From the NCBI GenBank assembly GCA_965178125.1, contig OZ237765.1, positions 496,001 through 560,000 on the forward strand: 64,000 nt of DNA, in the 5' to 3' direction. The notes under the pieces were generated by a model. It had not been told where the DNA came from. It worked only from the letters and a program-made list of their open reading frames with translations, and made no database searches. Positions 27,668 to 42,218 of the stretch are shown here, in pieces. Each line of letters starts with the position of its first letter. Within the stretch, counting starts at the first letter, position 1. Position numbers and translations under genes: made by a program. The stretch comes from Bilabrum cf. latius. Lineage: Eukaryota.

Positions 27668-28009
27668 GTGGTGGTATCAAGGTTTCCAGCTGTGCGTCTT
27701 TGGCAGTCGTATATATGAAAATGAATCGAATTCAAGATCAAAAAGGGCTGTGTGTGAGGTCCACCGATCCTATAAATGCGTTCCTGGTAACTATCGTGCG
27801 GTGCAGTTGCTTCGCGGAGTGTGTATCTGGATGGAAAGAACCAACCATCCATCCGGATCATGACCTTACACGAATGTACTACACCCATCTACACACTACA
27901 CTATCATAAATGTATGAGTATACCCTGCTTTGATTCAGGGGTGGCCTATGACAAACACGCAAATATGGGCATTCATTTCATCAAAAAGCCACAAACCAAA
28001 ATAAATCCA

Positions 28010-30040
28010 TCATTGCAGAGGCCCGGCGGGGGATCTCCTCTTCTTGGAGCGAGCACCAGTGCACCGAAGCTTCACCAGGCGGTCGTGCGCCTCCAGCTCG
28101 ACCACTTGCCCGTCATCACCGTGCTCATCCACTCCCTTGGCCCTGATGCCTCTGTACACCGGAACTCGCCCCGCCTCCACCTCGTCAAGCTGGTACAGGA
28201 TGTCAGCCGCCCAAGCGACCACCGCAGGCATCCCCCTCGCCCTATTCGAAGCGATGAAACCCACGAACTCGTCGTAGTCAAGAACGTGGGAGCTGTCCTG
28301 ATCGATGTCCTGGAACAGATGCACCCGCTCGAAATCCGAAAGCAGCATCCTGGCACCGGGTATGCTGGCCCTGCCTTCACCTGCTGCTGCCCCACCCGTG
28401 GCACTCCCTTCACTCGTCACACGCGTATCCCGCTCCACTGCCGCGTCCACGGCAGAGCTGACCGTCTTGCCCTTCGAACCACTCGTCACACTCGTGAACT
28501 CCAGCACCGAGATCACCCCGTCGCTGTCCGCATCGATCCACCCGAACAGCCTGCCCGCGTTCTCCTCGCTCAGCACCTCCCACGGTCGCACTGGCCTCTC
28601 CATCCAGTGAAGGTTCGGACCCTCGACAGGGAGCAGCTCCGGAAGTGCAGCCGGTGTAGACGCGCCTTCCTCGTCTTCCTCTTGTTCTTCTTCTTCTTCT
28701 TCAATCGATGCGGTGCCCTCGCCCTCGCCCTCGCCCTCGGCATCGGGTTGGGGTTGGGGGGGAGCTGCCACCGGCGTGGGAGCCGCTGCTGGCTGCTCAT
28801 CCGGTTTCTCATCTTCATGTTCCTATTGCATGGGTTGGCCGGCGGCGATTTCACCTCCGGCAGCACTGGGCTGTCCAGACCCCTGCGACTCAATCGCCGC
28901 CCCGTCCTTCTCTTCATCTTCATCTTCGTTGCCCTGCTTGTATTCCTGCTCGCCGCCTGCACCGGATGATGGAGCAGAGGGGGCAGCGCCTGCTTGCGCG
29001 TCCGGTGGACCTGGGGGACCTGGGGGACCTGGGGGACCTGGGGCTGCGCTCATCACACTGCTTTCGAGCACTGTTGCGGTTGCGTTGAGGTCCGTCTTGG
29101 ACTCGGAGCCCTACATCGACTTGGACTCGGGGGCCCCGCGGTGGCCCACGGCCGGACTGGGCAGCACCGGCATCGATTCATCGCCTAATGGTGCCCCACC
29201 AGCTGCTGCTGCTGCCCTGTCCTCATGCCCCTGGCCCTGGCCATCTATCTCGGGCTCGGATTCGGACCCGTCCAAACTGCACGCTACTGATCCCAGCTCC
29301 CTGGACTTGCTCGCTGCGATCCGTAATCCCCCCGGCCCCGCGACCCCCGCACTCCTCACACTCCTGACCTCTTCCAGCAGCGACTGCGGAGCCTGTAGAC
29401 CTGCAGCCACGAGGAGAAGGGACACGCCGGCGCACTTGGCCCCGTGGAGCTCCAGCGCCTGCATCCACAGGGCTTGTCTCTTGTCGCCGTCTGCTCTGAG
29501 GAACAAGGGCCGGTCGAAGGCCCAGACCGTCCGCGGTGGGTCCGAGGCTGGCGCTCCCACCAGGCTGCTGGTGTCTTGCTCGCTGTCTTGCTGTTCTGTT
29601 CCCGCGGAGGCAGAGGAGGCTCCTAGAAGCGGCGATACACCTTCATGCCCGCCCTACTTCGAATCTAGTTGGGATCCGCTTGCTGCAGCAGCGCGCGCGG
29701 TGGGGGATCCTGCCAGGGACGGCGCTCGTCCAGCAGAGCTGCCACGCACGCGGAGCATAAATTCCATCGGCTCGGAGATTCCGGCCCACGACGTAGCATC
29801 CGAAGAATCTCCACTAGAGTGTGTTTGGGCTAGAGCAAGGGCCCGCTTTCCATCTGCGGCAACTTCTGGCTTTAAAGTTCTCTTTCCACCGCTCTTCGCT
29901 GCTACCTGCTCCGCGGACTGCAAGGCGCTGGAAATCGCTTCCGCGCCTCCCTCACCGCACGGGAATGCTTCAAATTCAGATAATTGCAAGAATTTATTCT
30001 TCTAGGGCAGCAGTCCTGATAGCCACGAATTTTCATCCAT
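28010..30040 (-). CDS. EF-hand-containing protein (~676 aa)
   Basis: EF loops DADSDGVISVLEF and DQDSSHVLDYDEF; four in-frame TAGs (30002, 29654, 29111, 28823); TGA stop. Confidence 0.7.
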
Positions 30041-32268
30041 GTAAAAAGAGACCTAACCGTCGTCAACTACCGCCCATCTTTGTTTCCAAGAGCTACCTCG
30101 TAAAATTGAGCCCCCTGGTCCTCTCTTGCAAATTTCGCCTGCATTCAGCATGAAAGCGTGGTGGATTAGCACTACAAGACTGGCTAATGGGCCTGCATCC
30201 GATTGTGCACGCGCCACCAGACTCACCACAGAAGGCTTCAGTGTTCATGAGGAAATTTAATACGATTTAATCAATAGACTTGTTTATACTTGTGGTCGAA
30301 GTTGCAGTCGCTACTATTAAATTTGGCGGTTCAGTTGCGGTGCGGTGCGGTGCGGTGTGTAAGTTGATTTTTGGTGAGGTCCATCGCACTGCACGATGGT
30401 GCTGGTGCCACCACAGCAGCACCAGCAGCAGCAGCAGGAGGAGCAGGAGTTTCAATTGGCTCGCGATCGGGACCATCAATGGGTGGGGCGGCTGCAGGAG
30501 GCCGAGGCAAGGCCAAGGGGCGCGGTCGAGGCCGGCGCAGGCGCAGGGGCAGGGGCAGGGGCAAGAGCGGAGGGATCAAGGTGAAGCTGGGGGCTGCCGG
30601 TGCGGCATCAGCTTGAGCTGGCGGCAGCCGGTCTTGACCGGAGTATCGAAGCAGGCGTTACAGTGTCTAGCTGTGACGAATGCGCAAGCAGAGTGAAGTG
30701 GGCAGGATGTGGTGGTGGAACGAGGCCCCGTTCGCTTGTGGATCAAGTGCAAGTGGGGTGCTCACGGCGATTATGATGCATCTGGCATATAGCAGCATGT
30801 TTGCGTGCCCGCGGTGCCGGCCGCCCCGGCGACAAGCCGCTGGCACGACCCGGACCCGGAGGGGGTGTGACACTGCCACCTGCCGCCAGGACCAGGGGGC
30901 CGGTATTTGAGTGGCGAGGCAGCTCGAGCGAGATGGTAGACGAACGCAAGCAGTTCCTTAAAAGATTGTCCGTATAGTTGTCATTTGTATCTTGGGGTCT
31001 TCAGGTGCGGGGAACTTACAGTTGTGGCTGGCCTGGGATGCACGGGCATGAGGCCGATGGGAGCACTGAGTAGCATCCAAGGCCTGAGGCCTTCGCTCCA
31101 GAGCGTGCTCTCGGATGATGTGCGCATTAGTATTGCCGCACATGGTAATTATATGAATATGGCAAGCTACTCGTCGCACATTACCTTGTTTCTAGACCCT
31201 TGCCTCCGTGTGAGCCGCGCCTTCGGGGATTGCTGAGGTAGAGGCGCCGCGCGCACGTTTGGTTCCGTAGAGGTTTACCGCAGTACACACGACATACCGT
31301 CAGTGCACACAGCAAGAGTAACTCAAGCTTAGCGATCATTTTTTTCGCAAGAACCTGATTCCCAAGTTTAATAGACACGAAAGGGTTCACCGTGCAATCT
31401 ATTTCGGTTGCTTCAGCAGGCATTGCCCAGAGCGGCTCCAGCGTCGGCGTCACGACTTCGAAGCGTGCCTCTCGAGGACCCTCTGGCCGCGTGCACCTTT
31501 CAGTGCAACCTGGTGAGGCGCATATTATCCAATTCAAGATTGCGTTGCTTATTTGTGTGAAGGCTGCACTGGTTCACTATTTCGCAACTTGCGACCATAG
31601 TCGTGGTCGCTGCGGTGTGGGTGCGCCTGCCTCAGATTTGCAGGCTTGGCGGCGATTGAGTGAACTAGCCTTGTCACAAACTCATCTTTTAATATTTTGT
31701 AAAACAGATTTTGACCTTATCTGTTCACGTATGCAGGTGGAACCGTATCAGCAGGTTAGCAAGCCCCAGATAGCAATCTCGATCCCATGAACAGGCAGAT
31801 GGTCAGGAATATTCACATCGGAGAGCCTAGTACAAGGCATGAAAAGCCTTCTAAAGCTGGTGAGCTCAGTTCGTCTGCTCGTTGGGCAATAATGGCCGTA
31901 CTAGTCGCTGAACTGAATGAGACCCAATCGGCGGAAGTTGCAAGCGAAGTTCATTGGTTTGTCGCACGTGCGTTTTAGGGACTGTCTTGCAATTACGCAC
32001 CCAGAACCTGGCTACAATTATAATAGATAACTACTGCTGATGGCCTGTGCTAACATTCTTGCTCTCATTTGGCACGGGGATGCATGCAACGGCAGACAGC
32101 CATGTGCGGTCGCTCACTGGAACCGTGCGATACCGTGCGATGTTAACGTCATGTGGGACACAGCTAGATTTTATTATTGTATGACTATACGGATTTGCTA
32201 GTTGAATCGTATTGCTGGACGCAGACAGGAGTGCCGGCCATGTCGGTGTTGCGAACTCAAGTATCGCC

Positions 32269-34729
32269 ATGCAGGGAATGCCCCAAAGCGGGGCAGATGT
32301 AGGCACAAAGAGCATCCCTCAAGGTAAGAAAACAAGCTCGTGCATATGATTATCGCAAGTGTTGCACGATAGGGTGCAGTCGAACGTCTTTTGTACCGAT
32401 TTCGCGAGAATGTACGTCATGTGCCGAACTTTTCATCAGCGCAGGAGGTTCGAAGATTGGCGCAAAACGTCAACGCGAAGACACATCTACATTTGATGCT
32501 TTAGCAACTGGCACCCCTCACGTCTCGCTGTTGGACACCCTGGCGAGCATCGCAACCAGCATTCCCATGACCAACGTGGAGCCGCGGATCGCACAGCAAC
32601 CGCCGGCGAAATCTCGCAGAGTTGGCAGCAGTGGTGCCATGAGCTTTCTATCGTTAGATCAGCCGTCTGGCGTGCAAAGCGTGGCTCCTCTTGACTTCGA
32701 ATGGCCGCAGGCGGCATCTCGAGTTGCCCCAACCCGGCTGGCTGGGCCTCATTCGGACACATTTTCGACGCAGCTGCCCGGTACAGGATAGCTAGGCAGC
32801 TCATACTCTGCTCACTGGTCCTTCATCACCAATGGCACGCCGGGGGTATATCCTTACGACGCTGAATCTCGCGCAGCACGTCCCCGAGCAGATACCCACG
32901 AGCGAGCACAGCGCGCCGGCCGCGTGATGCAGACTGTGGCGAGCTCTGTTGGGGCCGGATTCGCAGCTGGGCTCGTGCTCCCCGCCCAGGCAGGCATGAA
33001 ATCCGTAGACATAGCCTCTACCACCGGGAGCGTGCATGGAGACGGAAGCGAATCCGCCCGGTCGGGATTCGCAACGGCTGCAGGAGAAGGAGACGGAGCG
33101 TCCTATGCCAAGCGATCCGGACCTCCCGGCGTGGAAGGACCCTCCCAGTCCTCGGCCTCGGACAGCGTCCGGAACTCGCCCGGGAATGCGAGCGGAAACG
33201 GGGTCGAAGCGACGGCGCCGCACAGCCCAGCCATGGCTGCAAGCTTTGGTGTGACGAGTGAACTTGCTGGTGTGACGAGTGCGGTGCTGCCTGCCCCACA
33301 GGTCGCAGGTCGCGCGAGGGAACAAACGAGCGATGCCTCGATGCGCCAGCAGTACCAACGGCGGCACCAACCGCGAATGGGACATGAACAGGGACAGCAC
33401 TGCCAGCATGCCCGCTGGTATGACCAGCATGCGCATATGCTTCAGCTGCAACACATGCAGAGACTGCAGCAAAGGCGGCAATACCAGTTGCAGCTGCAGA
33501 AACAGCTGCATGAGTTGCAGCAGCAGCGGCAGCAGCTATACCAAAGCCGCCTATTGGGCATGGGACCAGCTGCCACGGGCGTGAACATGAATACAGGCAT
33601 GGGCATGGGCATGGGCATGGCTGTGGGTGCGGGTGCGGAGGTCCGCACGAGCAGCAGCGCGGGCCGTATCCCAGGTGCAATGCACGGTGGCGCTGCCACG
33701 ACGACAACGGCATGGCGCGGATCTGGCATGCAGGCTGGTGCGGTGGGCGCTGTCCCCAACTAGCACCCAAACCCCCACCTTGGGGTCCTAGGTGCCTGGG
33801 GGGGGTTCCATCCGGGATCGATGGGGACCCACGGTGCAGCACATTGGGCATATCTGCCGGCGTCCACCGGCGGCATGGGGTATGGAGGCACGGGTGGTCG
33901 CCCGGTTGCATCGTCCTCCTCGTCCTCGTCCTCCTCCTCCTTCACCTCTGCCGCGATCCGGATCGGCTGGGATCGAGGTGTGACGAGTGCGCCCATCGAC
34001 GACGGGTACGCCGTGGCGCAGCAGCTGTCCGCGCTATCATCATCCTCCATGCCTTCAGATGCCGTGCACGAGACACGAGGTGCCAGCAATGGCGGCGGCA
34101 TGACAGGGGGCGGCGACGCTGGAATCTCTACCTCTCTCGGCATCTCTGTGTCTGGAAAACCGACGAGCATCGCCAAGCCGGTGATTGGGACCCCTGCGCC
34201 CCGCTCGGTGTTCGGCCCCGTGAGCGCCATGGGCCAGCAGGAGCTCTCCAGTGGCCGCACGATCGACTCGTACATCCTCACGGCCCAGGACGGGTACAAA
34301 TGCGCCGTGTGCAGCCGGCATTTCAGGGAGAAAGCCAAGCTGAGACGGCACGTCAAACGGGTGCACGAGGGCAGGCGAGACCACAAGTGTCCCCAGTGCG
34401 GGAAGGGGTTCAAGGGCTCGGACGATCTCAGGAGGCACATCCGGGGCGTGCATCAGGGCGTAAGGCGCTACACGTGCCCGACGTGCAAGTGGAAATTCGG
34501 GCAGAGGTCTAACCTGAGGAGGCACCTGGAGGCGGGCGGGTGCAAGGAGGGGATGGGGGCACCACCCGGAGCCGAAATGGATGAGCCAGAGGCGTCGGTG
34601 GAGTCCTCGTCCCGCGGCAGCGATGCCTCGTCTAGACCGGGGAATGAGGGACTCGTGGGCATCCGTCAGGCAGGCCTTGTAGGGCCGGTGGACCCCCTCA
34701 TTGGGAATGGGAGCTCCACTGCGATCTGA
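32269..34729 (+). CDS. C2H2 zinc-finger transcription factor with Q-rich region (intron 32324-32444)
   Basis: Three C2H2-type fingers near 34295-34545; phase-compatible GT-AG intron; TAG at 32789 and 33761; TGA stop. Confidence 0.78.
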
Positions 34730-35042
34730 TTCGTTCGGTACGATGCAGTGCGATGTGCTACTAGCGATGCTGCAGCCCGAGGGTTGCATCTGTGCCCAAC
34801 CGCTTGCGATGATGTTCGTGCGGATTGAGGCCAGGGCGGCGCCATCGAAAGCAGCGTGTGTCATTTGTTTAGTCCTCCAGTGGTAGCCCGTCCATGGCCC
34901 CTTTGCCAGTTCAGTTTGTTCACCCACTCTGGCCACTCGTCACATTGAGAACTGCTGCCCGTGATCGTCCGGGCAAGAACGGGAAGTTTGCAAGTCGCAC
35001 TAGACTTCGAAAATCATCTCTTTCGAAAACACCCGTCCAACT

Positions 35043-35598
35043 ATGGCATCAACTCCGATGTGGTCGTACATGGATAGATCTTGGCGCCCGTATTCGAACA
35101 GGGATACGGCCGGACTGGAAGCTGCGCGAGTGGCTGGTCAAGCTACATATGCCTTCACCATTCCGTCGGGTGTGCAGTACAAGGTTGACCTTACAAATAT
35201 GACGCAGATAAACACTAGAACGGGGTTCTAGCGCCGAGTGCGCAGGACGATTTCAACTAGTGCGCGCCCTGCGCCGGGCGCGCCCCCGGCAGCCAGTGGA
35301 GGTCCTGGATCGTGGCAGTACAAGGATAACTCATGGCACCCGTACATCACAGCTCAGCAGATGGGACTCAGTGCGGCAGTTACTGCTGGCAAGAACACCT
35401 ATTCGTTCCAGTTGATGAACGGAGTATGGTACGACGTTGATTTATCCACCATGCAGCAGACGAACAGGTCGACGGGATTCAAGAGGCCAGTTCGATTTGT
35501 ACCTGGCGTTTCGATGACAGGATCATATGGAGCACCTGCTGCGGCACCCGCTGCAGCCATGGGTGGCGCAAGACGTACCCAAGCACCTGCACCTGCAC

Positions 35599-35632
<34 letters not shown>

Positions 35633-37124
35633 ACCTGCACCTGCACCTGCTCCTGCATCTGCACCCGCACCTGCACCTGCACCTGCACCTGCACCTGCAC
35701 CTGCACCTGCACCTGCACCTGCACCTGCACCTGCACCTGCACCTGCACCTGCACCTGCACCGGCGGCAAGGACCCGGCGCACAGCCAGAGGTGCGGGTTC
35801 CGGCACGGGAGCAGCTGCACCACCGTTCCCTGCATCCCAGCGGTTCACCTGCACGGGCAGGGAACACGCCGAGGCACCTCAGGGGGCGAGGGGCTGGGCC
35901 CCCCTCGCCAAGTGGCGGGTGCTCGACGCCCTCGATACAGAGCTATCGACGCACAGATGCTGCGTGTGCAGGTGCACCTTCGACGAGGACAAAGACCCGG
36001 GGCAGCCCTTCTACGACGATGGCATGGATGAGGATGACCCGGAATCGGAATCCGAGGGGGCGGAACAGGACCCGCCCAGCGCGCCCCCATCGAGCACCGA
36101 GGCGGGGGCTCCCACCGCGCCCGCCTCGAGCGGGGCCGGGGCGGGCGACTCGACTGCAGGCGGCGGAACCGGAGATGCGCGGCGCCGTAAGCGCCGCACG
36201 GACCCCCGCACCCTAGTTCCCTACCCCACGGAGGAGTACACCCCTCCCCACCGCGCGGCCTTCGCGTACACCCCGGAGACCGCCGTGAAGCTCCGGTGCT
36301 GCGGGCTGCTCATCCACGCGGAGTGCTTTGCTCAGTGCCTCAAATCCAGGAAGCAGTGCCCCGTGTGCATGGCCCCCTATGGAGTGGTCACAGGAACACA
36401 GCCTGCTGGCACCATGACCATCCAGCACCAGCCGGGCGGGAGTGTGCCTGGGTATCCCCCGGGATGCGGGGTTATCACCGTCGGGTACAACTTCCCCTCG
36501 GGGGTCCAGGGGCCGGAGCACCCCCACCCCGGGGTCGCGTACAGCGGAACATCGCGCGGCGCCTATCTGCCGGGAACCCGCGAGGGCATGGAGGTTGCTG
36601 AGCTCCTTAGGATCGCTTTCTAGAGGAGACTGACCTTTACCGTGGGAAAGAGCGTGACTACCGGCAGAGAAAACGTCGTGGTGTGGGCGGGCATCCACCA
36701 CAAGACGGGCATGTCTGGAGGCGCGGCACGGTTTGCATACCCCGACCCCACCTACCTCCAGAGGGTCAAGGATGAGCTGGCGGGCAAGTGTGTGACGAGT
36801 GCTGACCTAGTGGACGACGAGGACGAGGACGAGGACGGCAGCGGCACTGCTGCTGGGGCCGGGCCAGGGGTGGCCGGCGGCGCCTCGACCCCTGCTACCG
36901 GCAGCAGCGGCGCGGGTGCGGGTGCGGGTGCGGGTGGACCTGCCGTGCTGCGCAGGGAAGCGTCGGGGCCGGTGGCCAAACGGACGAGGTACGTGTGGCC
37001 GTTCCCTCCAGGGTTTGACGAGGGCAGGGAGCTGGGGATCGCCACGGCGCGGGCCAAGGAGGTCGATGCCAAGAAGGCGGAGGAGGACGAGGGCGAGGGT
37101 GAAGTGGCGAAGGGTGGGTCGTGA
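35043..37124 (+). CDS. Deltex-family E3 ubiquitin ligase (WWE-WWE-(AP)n-RING-DTC)
   Basis: Two WWE domains; RING ending [59 protein letters not shown] at 35229 and 36621; TGA stop. Confidence 0.9.
35583..35760 (+). repeat. (GCACCT)n coding repeat, poly(Ala-Pro) linker
   Basis: Tandem hexamers. Confidence 0.92.
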
Positions 37125-37322
37125 TCGTAAGGTTGGGTGTGACGCTGTAGCGTCGCCCTGTTGAGAAAGGACCTGGCAGCGAGACCTCTGCAGTTCTATA
37201 TGTACCGTTGCATGCCGTGCGCCTTTTGAGTGACGATACTTGTTTGGTCTACAGATACTATTGCCTAGATGCCCTGGAAATAAGCTCCGTCAACAAACCG
37301 CACTGCGCACTAAGCGCACTCG

Positions 37323-39022
<1,700 letters not shown>

Positions 39023-39264
39023 CGCACTACAGGTAGCTGCGGCAGTCAGAGTTGAAAAGTTCATGTGAGACGATACCAGCACATGGGCAATAGCAGCATG
39101 TAGAACTACGTATCCTTCTGGTTTGCCCTTACATACTATCAAAAAATCTATAGATTGATGTTGATTGATAAACAAAGGGGTTGCAAATTTCGATTCCGAT
39201 CCACTGCTTGACTTGATTGTAATGATGCAGTTAAATAGACATAGTTATGGTATGCTATGGATGA

Positions 39265-39600
39265 TCAGGACACAATGCATTTCGAGGACTTCTTCTCCTC
39301 AGCTTCCTTCCCGCTGCAGTCGGCAGCTGCTGTATCCGCCGTCATTTCCTCGCTGAACTCTCCGACCTTGCCATCCACAACAGCAGCAATTTTGAACTAA
39401 TACGTACTCGTTGGAAATAAGCCAGTAACGGTGTAACTCCCGTCCTCGATTTCAGCGGCGGACACGGTGTGCGTCTTCGCCTCCTCCCAAGGATTGGGAA
39501 ACTCTCTAACTTTTATAACGTAGGACTCTGCGCCCTCGACAGGCTTCCATGATGTTCTAATAGACGTATTCTTATGATCGGATGTCTTGACCGGCTCCAT
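39265..39600 (-). CDS. Small single fibronectin type III domain protein with CaaX box
   Basis: SIRTSWKPV..SYVIKVRE..YTVTGLFPTSTY(TAG)FKIAAV..; ends KCIVS-TGA. Confidence 0.8.
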
Positions 39601-40424
39601 ATTAGGTACAAATGAGTGCACACGCTGCAAGTCTTCGCGACGGTTCGTCATCACGATCAATTGCGATTCCGGCTTCAATGTGATACGATAAACTGGTGGC
39701 GGCGTCGTGCCATGTACCTCAGAGCCGCACTCCAAGTTCCTGCTCACCGTCCGAACAGGCCCTTGAGACCCTCTATCAGCTTCAGTGGTTGGAATGCTAC
39801 CTCGGAGGCGCCACTGAATGTCGATTCCCTCCGATCCACAACGAAGCAGTCCGCTATCTGACATGGTGCGCCTTGCCCAGTCAAGCACAAACTGCATCAA
39901 GCAAAGGGCTGCAAGCGGAAATGGACACACTTCCAGCGCAGATGCACACCTGGTCGAACGATCCTAGTGGCCGCAGAGCAGAGTCTGTCTACGTTGCGTG
40001 TCAGGTCCTTCGCAAGGTTGCCCACCGTGATACTTGACTGGCAATGATACATCCAATTAGTGCAAATTACTTGGTATGCCGTTTATTGTAGCTCTAGCGG
40101 ACAGGCAAGGGAGTTTCGTTCGCAGTCGTCTTCTATGGCACGTGTTCCGTACCCCTTTCGGATACACACGGCATTTTATATTGCCTCTATATACCCTCAG
40201 ACTTATCTTTCAAGATACGAAGGGAATTTCCGTTTTCATGATGCTATGGCCACTACTTGGGCGATTTGTTAAGTTTCTAATTGTTGCTCCGAATGCAATG
40301 CGCGGCGTCCAATCGAAACGGAACATGTTCTAAATCTTCAAGTTCTGCAATTGTCCATTACTGTGTGCATCCTACCAATGACGGCACGCATGTGGTAGTA
40401 AATTGATTGCAGCAGGAAGCTGCT

Positions 40425-42011
40425 ATGGCATCATTCGACTCAAATAACTACAAACCCCTTCTTAGGAACCTGCTAGCTGAGGTCAGAGCCATTGTTTCTT
40501 TCTAGTCGATTTGGCATGTCTCCTTGAGCCGCATGCTGTGCCATGTGTATGCCATCTTTACCATTGCACCAACTCGGTCCCCGCAGTCGAACTCTGTCGG
40601 TGCTTTTTTTGATCATCGCAAGGACCACACCCGAGGTGCCATATCGTTGCAGACGGCTCTTGGGCATGTCAGACGTGGAGTTTCCATTGTAAGCATTTCT
40701 TTGAACTCAGCTAAAGATACGGACGCACTGAAGGCATTGTCACTCCTTGTTTGTGATGCCGGCTGCAGACTCAAGTCGCTTCGGCTCATTGACGGACCGA
40801 TCAGCAGCTCAGCCTGCACTCTCCTCAAGGGATTAGTGTCACATACCAGCGATCGTCCTCATATTGAGACCTTGCATTGTTGTGAATGTACGTTTGCAGC
40901 AGACTGCATGAAAACCCTTTCACAGTGCATGCTTCATGCTGGCAGAGCAACCTCCTTAAGCTCGCTACTCATCACCCGTACAGCTGCTGGTAGCATGACC
41001 ACGTAGTGCGTGCAATCCCTTTGTGATGTGCTGGCCAGTCCAGATTGCAGCTTGTCAACTCTAGTACTCAGGTAGCCTCTCACTCGCAATCCGCGTGAAG
41101 CAGTGACGATGGAAACGCGGTTTCAACGGAACGCGGCAATGGTCAATGCAATCCGCAGGAATACAAGCTTAAGGCAGTTCGATGTAGGTCGGTGCGATGT
41201 GGATGCCCCCCAGATCGTTGCTTGGTGCGATGCATTGATCAGCAGCAAGACGTTGGTGCAGGTCACCATCAATTTCAGACCTTACACCAAGGAGGCGAAG
41301 CAGCAGGTTGTTTATCAAGTGTCTCGAATGATTGCCCATATTCAAAGCATCCGGAGGCTGCGGTTGGGATACCCGATAGACCAAGTCCTTACTGAGCCAA
41401 AACGATGTCCCATTGACCTGCTGTGTGAAGGAATCGCCTAGAACAAGACTCTGCGGAGCTTCGAGATTCTGTACGGGCCGGAATACCGTGGTAGGGAGGC
41501 GGAGGCTTCCCGGCAGTACATGAAGGTGCTTGCAGCTGTGAAAAGCCATCCATACATTGCGTACTTTGACTGGAAAACCGTGCATCCCCTGTGGGTCTGG
41601 AGGCGCTCCCTGCCCGCGCTGCTCCCACGGTATCAAGCGTACCAGGCTCGGCAATCTCGAATCAGGTCAATCCTATAGCACCGGGCCGCGGCAACAGCTG
41701 CACGCGATGCTGCGCTGGTGTGGCGGGCAGCAGCCGAAGGGCGACCATTGGAGCTTGCCAAGCGACTGCGAGTAGGGGTCATGGCTGGGGGCGCGGACCG
41801 AGTCGTGGAAGTAGATGGGATTTGGTTGGACGCGGAGTCTGCAGCTGAGTCTGGGGGGCATGCTGTCTGTGTGGAGCTTCTAAGGAAAGCAAAAGCGAGG
41901 GAATCGAATAGGCGTGCGATTTACTTCTCCGGCTCCGGGACTGTGACGCGGGTTCCGAAATCCGATGGCACAGATCTTGATCGAGCTGCTTGTTGTGGGT
42001 GCTTCGGTTGA
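40425..42011 (+). CDS. RNI-like LRR protein (copy B)
   Basis: Paralogue of 9969-11561; TAG at 41004, 41073, 41439 and one further site; TGA stop. Confidence 0.7.
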
Positions 42012-42218
42012 AGCGAGTGCGCCATCCCACCGTCCCACCAATCGTTGGACGGGCATGTGAGTGCCTGTGAATACGGGTATAGGCTTTTCTGTGGGATAAG
42101 TACGAAAACCTGCCTGATGGGGGAGCTTTACTTATAACTCAACTTATTTGACTGACACGAAGGGTACGCAACCAAGCAATTCGATTTGGATCTACCTGTA
42201 TAGCACGCCATTGGCATG

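Noticed and set aside
29004-29045. Collagen-like GPP repeat
   Set aside because: Only four triplets within a low-complexity linker
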